Of a DNA stretch of 64,000 bases, positions 58,451 through 64,000 are shown one piece after another. A model generated the notes under the pieces. It ran no database searches, had not been told where the DNA came from, and saw nothing but the letters and a program-made list of their open reading frames with translations. Source of the DNA: Phycisphaerae bacterium (lineage in GTDB: Bacteria; Planctomycetota; Phycisphaerae; UBA1845). The position numbers and the translations under genes were made by a program. Positions within the stretch are counted from its first letter, which is position 1; each line of letters starts with the position of its first letter. Where the stretch lies: positions 1,280,001-1,344,000 of the forward strand of contig CAXXGO010000001.1 in NCBI GenBank assembly GCA_963666835.2, in the 5' to 3' direction.

Positions 58451-59701
58451 TTACGGTTCCTCACCGATTCCCACGCGGCGCATGAGTGGTTTCATTGTTA
58501 CTCCCTGCACCACGAGGGAGAAGAACACGCAGCCGAAGCCCGCCAAAAGCAGCGCGGGACGGTATTCGATCAGCGGGCAATCCGGCGGGAGGTCGGCGGC
58601 CACCGGAATGTGCAACAACAATGCAATCGGGATCGATCCACGAAGACCGCCCCAAAAAAGTATGTGCTTCCACGGCTTGGGCCGCCGGCGTCCCACTTGG
58701 TTGAGTCCCCAGTAGAACGTGTATGTAACAAACGCCCGGCCGACCAACATCGCGGCGATTGCTACGACCACCAGCCGCCAGGGATGGACGGGAATCGATT
58801 CGGGAATCTCGCGCAGCTCCAAACCGATCAGGATGAACAGCAGCGAGTTGATAAGAAAGTCGATCGACTCGAAAAAGGTCTCAACCGTTTCGATCGTCTT
58901 CGGGCTCATCGATAACCGCCGCCCGTAGTTCCCGATCAACAGACCGGCCATCACGGCTGCGATGACGCCGGAGAAGTGCAGCACCTCGGCAAGCCAGAAC
59001 GCCCCATAGGCAAGCGCCAGGCAAATCGCGTTTTCCAGCAGATGGTCATCCAATCGCCGCAGGATCGTGAACGCCGCCATCCCCAAGGCGCTGCCCAACA
59101 GTAACCCTCCGGCCGACACCCACACGAACTCGAAAGCCGCGGTTCCCAAGCTGAGCCCCTGGCCGTGTACGACCGCCTCCAGAAGAATTGTGAACAGCAC
59201 CACACCGGTGGCATCGTTGAATAGCGATTCCCCCTCGACCAGAGTCCGCAAGTCGTCCGGAGCTTTCGCTACCTTAAACAGCGCCAGAACGCTCACCGGA
59301 TCGGTAGGAGAGATCAGTGCCCCGAAGAGCATCGCGGTCAACATCGACCCGATCCCCCCGAGCCAACCGACTACGCCCCCGACCAATAGCGTCGAGACGA
59401 TTACGCCGGGTACCGCAAAGCACACGATCGGCCACAAGTGCTTCATGAGGCGATCCAGGTCCATGTGCATGGCGCCGTGGAAGAGCAGCGGCGGAAGGAA
59501 GACGAAGAAGATCAGCTCAGTACTGAACCCGGTCTCTGTCAGATTCGGTCCGAGATGTAGGACTCCGATGGCCAGCCCGACCACCGTAAGGAATATCGAA
59601 TACGGCAGGTGCGTGATCAGTTTCGAGGCGATACAGACCACACAGGCCAGAAGCAGCAGGCCGATGTAAATGCCCACCGCGTGCTCGATGGCGTGTTCCA
59701 T
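58451..59701 (-). CDS. CPA1/NhaP Na+/H+ antiporter
   Basis: FLPPLLF, PTDPVSV, EGESLFND, GGLRG. Confidence 0.92.
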   Translation of the reverse strand: MEHAIEHAVGIYIGLLLLACVVCIASKLITHLPYSIFLTVVGLAIGVLHLGPNLTETGFSTELIFFVFLPPLLFHGAMHMDLDRLMKHLWPIVCFAVPGVIVSTLLVGGVVGWLGGIGSMLTAMLFGALISPTDPVSVLALFKVAKAPDDLRTLVEGESLFNDATGVVLFTILLEAVVHGQGLSLGTAAFEFVWVSAGGLLLGSALGMAAFTILRRLDDHLLENAICLALAYGAFWLAEVLHFSGVIAAVMAGLLIGNYGRRLSMSPKTIETVETFFESIDFLINSLLFILIGLELREIPESIPVHPWRLVVVAIAAMLVGRAFVTYTFYWGLNQVGRRRPKPWKHILFWGGLRGSIPIALLLHIPVAADLPPDCPLIEYRPALLLAGFGCVFFSLVVQGVTMKPLMRRVGIGEEP

Positions 59702-60273
59702 GACGACGGTCACCTCCCTGTTTCCCAGACACAGGTCCCTACTGCTCGGAGCCGGCGGTGACGGTAACGGACATCGGCCACGAAACCAAGCACCGGGTGG
59801 GCGCGTACCGTATCAACTTTCGGTCCTATAAGTACGGTGACACTGTTGGGATCGGTGGTCCCCGGCGAATTCACAGAAAAACACAAAACATTTTGATTTG
59901 GGCGCGCGAATCCCCCCTTAGATTTCGGATTAACCCGGGGTGAGTAGATGTCATGGTGTCCCCCGCGGTCTCCGCTGACTCGCAGTTGGGGTGTTTGCTC
60001 AGTACAACCGCGTTGCGTTGGAATCGCCTCCGCCGGGCGCGCCTGACCCGGAGGTGGCAAAGACGGTTCCGATCGCTCCCGCGTGGTTGTCTTCAGACAT
60101 CCGTTATTCGTAGCGAGAAAGCTCCGCCCAGCTATCGGTGGAGACCCGGGGGTTGCTTTTGCGCGCTGCCGAGCGGGCTCCGCTCGGGCGGCCGCCTCGC
60201 CTCCATTTCGACGCCGTACTCGGCGTAGCACTGTTTCCGGGCTTGGTCTTTGACTAACCGAGGATTAGACGCG

Positions 60274-62199
60274 ATGCGCAAGCCAACCTCGCGGCTCCTT
60301 ACTGTGGCATCAGCAGTATCGACCTGTTGTCTACTTGTATTCGCCGCGTTGCCGGCCCGAGCCGAGTGCGTCGAGTTTTCGTCCGACGCGTGGAACCTGC
60401 GGGACGCGGTTGTCTCCGAGCACTTAGGACGTATGTGCCTGTCCGGTCGAGCCGTTCTCAAGAACGTAGAATTCGAGAACGGCGTGATCGAAGTCGACCT
60501 GGCCGTGGACGGCAGTCGGTCGTATCCCGGACTCCTGTTCCGGGGGCAGTCCGACCGCGACCATGAGCGGTTCTACGTTCGTCCGCATGTAACGGCTCAA
60601 CAGCCTGATGCCCTGCAATACGCGCCGGTCTTCAATGGCGCGACGTGTTGGCAGCTCTACAGCGGCGCTGGGTTCACCGCCCGAGCGACGTTGCCGCCTG
60701 ATGAGTGGATACACCTCAAGATGGAGGTCCAGGGCACGCAGGCTCGGGTTTTTTTGGCAAACGATCCCCAACCGGCTTTGGTGATCCATGACCTGAAGCA
60801 CGGACTGAGCAAGGGGTTCGTCGGCGTCGACGGACCGTTGGGTGGGAAAGCACATTTCTCGAATTTCTGCGTCTCGTCCGGCGAGGCGTTGGAATTCGAC
60901 CCGCCGCCGCCCGTCTCGTCGTCCCGGAACACCCTGACTGAATGGCAGGTTTCTCAGGTCCTCCCGGTGGACCGGATCGACCTCGAACAGTACCCCGGCT
61001 TCTATACGATCTTCCGCGCCGGTTGGCAGAACGTGACCAGCGAGCCGTCCGGTCTGGTCAACATCTCACGTTACGCCGGGACTGTCGGGCAGGGGCCTCA
61101 ATGTGTTCTGGCTCGGACGATTGTCGCGTCCTCCAAAACGCGGGATGTCAAGCTGTCTTTCGGTTATAGCGACAACGTCACGCTCTTCCTCAACGGCAAG
61201 CCGGTATTCTCCGGGCGGAGCGCCTACCACAGCAGAGACCCATCGTTCTCGGGGATCATCGGCCTTCATGATGATGTCTTCATTACTCTGCATAAAGGCC
61301 ACAATGAGCTGCTTTTCATGGTGACCGACAACTTCGGGGGCGCGGGCGTAATGTCCGCCACGAGCCTCCGCGTCGAACACCCGACAATCCGGCAGGGGCT
61401 GGCCGTGCAGGTCTGGGAGACCCCGGCCGAGTTCAACATCCCCGAGTCCGTTCTCTACGACCCCGCCAGAGACATCCTCTACGTGAGCAACTTCGCGGCT
61501 GTCGGACGCAGCGCTCCCGGAGCGGGCTTTCTGTCGCGAGTGCGCCTGGATGGTCAGATCGACAATCTCCGGTGGGTGACGGACTTGGATGGCCCGTGCG
61601 GCATGGCCATCAACGGGGACCGCCTGTTCGTCGCTGAGGGCACCCGCGGAAACCTCGCCGAAATCGACCTGAATACCGGCGCGATTGTCAGACGCACGAA
61701 CATTGCCGGAGCGACATTCCTGAACGATGTTGCTGTCGATGGTGAGGGTTACGTGTACGTCTCTGATACCACCCGGGCCGCCAAGAGCAAAGACATCTAC
61801 CGGTGCAAGGACGGCACCTGCGAGCTCTGGCAGCATGGCCGCGAGATCCACCGAGCCAACGGTCTGTTCGTCCATAACCAGAGCCTGCTGGTCGGCAATT
61901 CCGGCGACGGGTTCCTTAAGGCCGTCAACCTGCAGAGCGGTGCCGTCGATTCGGTCGCCTGCCTCGGCGCGGGCATCATCGATGGTATTCGGGTCGACAA
62001 CAACGGCGGCTACCTCGTCTCCCATTGGGAGGGGCAGGTCTACCGAGTCAGTCCCGCAGGTGAAGTGGTGCAGTTTCTGGATACGCAGAACGAGGGGATC
62101 AATGTCGCGGATTTCGAATTCGTCAAGCACGAAAACCTGCTCGTCGTGCCGACCTTTCTCGGCAACAAGGTCGTGGCCTATCGTTTGAACGACGGCTAG
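60274..62199 (+). CDS. exported protein with N-terminal beta-sandwich and SMP-30/gluconolactonase-like propeller
   Basis: Signal peptide; PESVLYD, FLNDVAVD, NGL, DGI. Confidence 0.75.
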   Translation: MRKPTSRLLTVASAVSTCCLLVFAALPARAECVEFSSDAWNLRDAVVSEHLGRMCLSGRAVLKNVEFENGVIEVDLAVDGSRSYPGLLFRGQSDRDHERFYVRPHVTAQQPDALQYAPVFNGATCWQLYSGAGFTARATLPPDEWIHLKMEVQGTQARVFLANDPQPALVIHDLKHGLSKGFVGVDGPLGGKAHFSNFCVSSGEALEFDPPPPVSSSRNTLTEWQVSQVLPVDRIDLEQYPGFYTIFRAGWQNVTSEPSGLVNISRYAGTVGQGPQCVLARTIVASSKTRDVKLSFGYSDNVTLFLNGKPVFSGRSAYHSRDPSFSGIIGLHDDVFITLHKGHNELLFMVTDNFGGAGVMSATSLRVEHPTIRQGLAVQVWETPAEFNIPESVLYDPARDILYVSNFAAVGRSAPGAGFLSRVRLDGQIDNLRWVTDLDGPCGMAINGDRLFVAEGTRGNLAEIDLNTGAIVRRTNIAGATFLNDVAVDGEGYVYVSDTTRAAKSKDIYRCKDGTCELWQHGREIHRANGLFVHNQSLLVGNSGDGFLKAVNLQSGAVDSVACLGAGIIDGIRVDNNGGYLVSHWEGQVYRVSPAGEVVQFLDTQNEGINVADFEFVKHENLLVVPTFLGNKVVAYRLNDG

Positions 62200-62320
62200 A
62201 CTTGCCGCCACCTCGGTGCGCATGCGGAATCCCTCCCCGGGTGGGTGTGCCACTGCTCTTGAGCAGTGCAGGAACGGGTACCGTGTGGATCGAACCCGAA
62301 CCTACACGTGTGACAAAGCG

Positions 62321-64000
62321 CTAGTCGATTCGCGGTGTCCGGTTGAATCCGATTTTGCCCGCCGTCATCAATAGCAGTGCCAGCACCAGCATTCCCCATT
62401 CGGAGACCGTCGGAATCTGTCCGATGCACTCGGGGGCGTACACGTTGTCGTCGATTCCCGGGCACCGGTCGTGACAATTGGCGACCCCGTCGCCGTCGTC
62501 GTCGGTGTCCGGGACGCCGCACCCGCATTGGCCCGGAACGAGCTTGTAGGGGTCGGCCGGACATTCTTCGTCGGACGTGCAGACCCCGTCACCGTCCCAG
62601 TCGTTCCACTTGTCGTTGGGGCACGGGTCGCAGAGGTCTCCGATTCCGTCTTCGTCGTCATCTACCTGCGCGGCATTGGCGAGTGATGGGCAATTGTCAC
62701 AATCATCAATGATACCGTCCTCGTCGCCGTCGGACTCGCATTCGTCGGGGATGACGTTGGCATTGCAGTCGGCGCTGTACTCGGCGAGAGTATCGCATTC
62801 GTCCGGGATACCGTTGCCGTTGCAGTCCGCGCTGGTTCCGTCGGTGATGTCCGTTTCATCAAACACGCCGTTTTCGTTGCAGTCGATCGGGATTCGCAGA
62901 TAGTAGACGTCCTGCTCTCCGTTGAACGTGGCCGCGAACGCCACATGCGCCCCACCGTGGTCGGAGATCATGTCATAGTAGTCGCCGAGCTTCTCCTGGC
63001 GGGGCCAGCCCAGGTGGCTGTCGAACATCGGGGTTACCGGCGTGTTGGGTGACCAGGTGAGTCCGCCGTCCAGTGAATAAGAGTGATACATTTCGGTGAG
63101 CCGGGTAACGCAGTGGATTCGATTGTCGTTCCAGATTGCGTCGATCCGCCCGTTCGGGGAGACCGACATGGTGCCGAACCACTGGTACACCCGATTACCC
63201 GGCGGGTCGTCGTTGATCCTGATCGGTTGGCTCCACGTAAACCCGCCGTCGGTGCTGCGGGCGAACATGATGTCGGCCGGGTCGTTATTCGCCCCGCGGA
63301 CGGAGGCGAGCAAGTACACATTGCCGCGATTCGGACCGTTGGAATGGTCGGTTGCGATCCAAGCCTGCCCGAGCAGGCCTTCGGGGTTTGGTCCTTCTCC
63401 CACGACGAGGAAACCGCCGAGATCAGCATAGGCGATATCGTCGAATTCGGGAGTAGCCGCGGGGTCTTGCGCGTTGGTCGACTTGATGATAACGAAGCCG
63501 TTGCCGACAATATACAAATCCCCGTCGGGTCCGACCGACAAGGTCCCCCAGAAGGGGGCTCCCGGCAGGTACAGTAGGTCTCCGTAAGTCTGCCCCCGAT
63601 CGACCGAGCGGACGAAGTCGCCGCTGCAGCAACTGTATGAACGGTTCCAATTCGAGTAGACGTTATTGCGTCCCGGTCCGTCGGTAGTGTCGATAGTCAT
63701 CCAGGCCTTGTCCCCGCCGTAGGCGTACACCGGGTCGCTCCAGGTTGCCCCGCCGTCCGTGGAGATGAAATCGTCGCAGATATACACTCCGTTGCGTGGT
63801 CCGAGGCTGTTGTAGTGGAACAGCCCGTCGGCATCGGATGCCAGGACCGGGTCACTTCGGAACTGGCCGGGATCCAATACTCCCGCGAAGGTCCAGGTCT
63901 GCCCGCGATCTTGACTAAAGCCGACCCCCGCCTGCCGGAAGTTCGAGTTGATTGTGTCGAACTGCCGCCATCCGATAGCCATCCGATTGGGGTCGGTCGG
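62321..64000 (-). CDS. BNR/sialidase-like propeller + TSP3-like Ca-binding repeats + IPTL-CTERM (5' end outside window)
   Basis: S-x-DGG-x-TW Asp boxes, DCNxNG and CDNCP repeats, IPTVSEWG + TM. Confidence 0.85.
   Translation of the reverse strand, partial: PTDPNRMAIGWRQFDTINSNFRQAGVGFSQDRGQTWTFAGVLDPGQFRSDPVLASDADGLFHYNSLGPRNGVYICDDFISTDGGATWSDPVYAYGGDKAWMTIDTTDGPGRNNVYSNWNRSYSCCSGDFVRSVDRGQTYGDLLYLPGAPFWGTLSVGPDGDLYIVGNGFVIIKSTNAQDPAATPEFDDIAYADLGGFLVVGEGPNPEGLLGQAWIATDHSNGPNRGNVYLLASVRGANNDPADIMFARSTDGGFTWSQPIRINDDPPGNRVYQWFGTMSVSPNGRIDAIWNDNRIHCVTRLTEMYHSYSLDGGLTWSPNTPVTPMFDSHLGWPRQEKLGDYYDMISDHGGAHVAFAATFNGEQDVYYLRIPIDCNENGVFDETDITDGTSADCNGNGIPDECDTLAEYSADCNANVIPDECESDGDEDGIIDDCDNCPSLANAAQVDDDEDGIGDLCDPCPNDKWNDWDGDGVCTSDEECPADPYKLVPGQCGCGVPDTDDDGDGVANCHDRCPGIDDNVYAPECIGQIPTVSEWGMLVLALLLMTAGKIGFNRTPRID

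Noticed and set aside
59714..60250. Na+/Li+ riboswitch upstream of the antiporter
   Set aside because: I could not match a consensus by eye; an Rfam/Infernal scan would decide.
1..64000. tRNA or rRNA genes
   Set aside because: None recognised by eye; not excluded without tRNAscan or Infernal.

Overview
GC-rich bacterial DNA, probably Planctomycetota/Phycisphaerae (inferred from C-x2-C-G-Y-D-L-x-G zinc-ribbon membrane proteins, an IPTL-CTERM tail, an H-X9-DG-like motif and dense REP-like repeats). Housekeeping and metabolic genes include an SPFH pair, yqgF, a frameshifted manC, pcrA/uvrD, a MacAB-type exporter, a hybrid kinase, GT2 plus a TMTC-like GT, S41 and M28 peptidases, typA, a NifS-SelD fusion, an rbs-type ABC transporter, a GH38 mannosidase and an NhaP antiporter. 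These surround a repeat-rich accessory region at about 28.7-45.3 kb. The main finding is a 1,915-bp mobile element present twice in inverted orientation (30297-32211 and 39275-41189). It has no recognisable transposase and carries only two paralogous DUF1670-like genes. It has IS1111-like subterminal inverted repeats, a duplicated CT core and a structured 3' non-coding region of about 230 nt. Both copies sit at the same CT inside the same REP hairpin (AACGCCT^TCGGCGTAT), and an empty sister REP lies nearby. This is a candidate REP-targeting site-specific element; its novelty, its catalyst and any RNA guidance are untested inferences.
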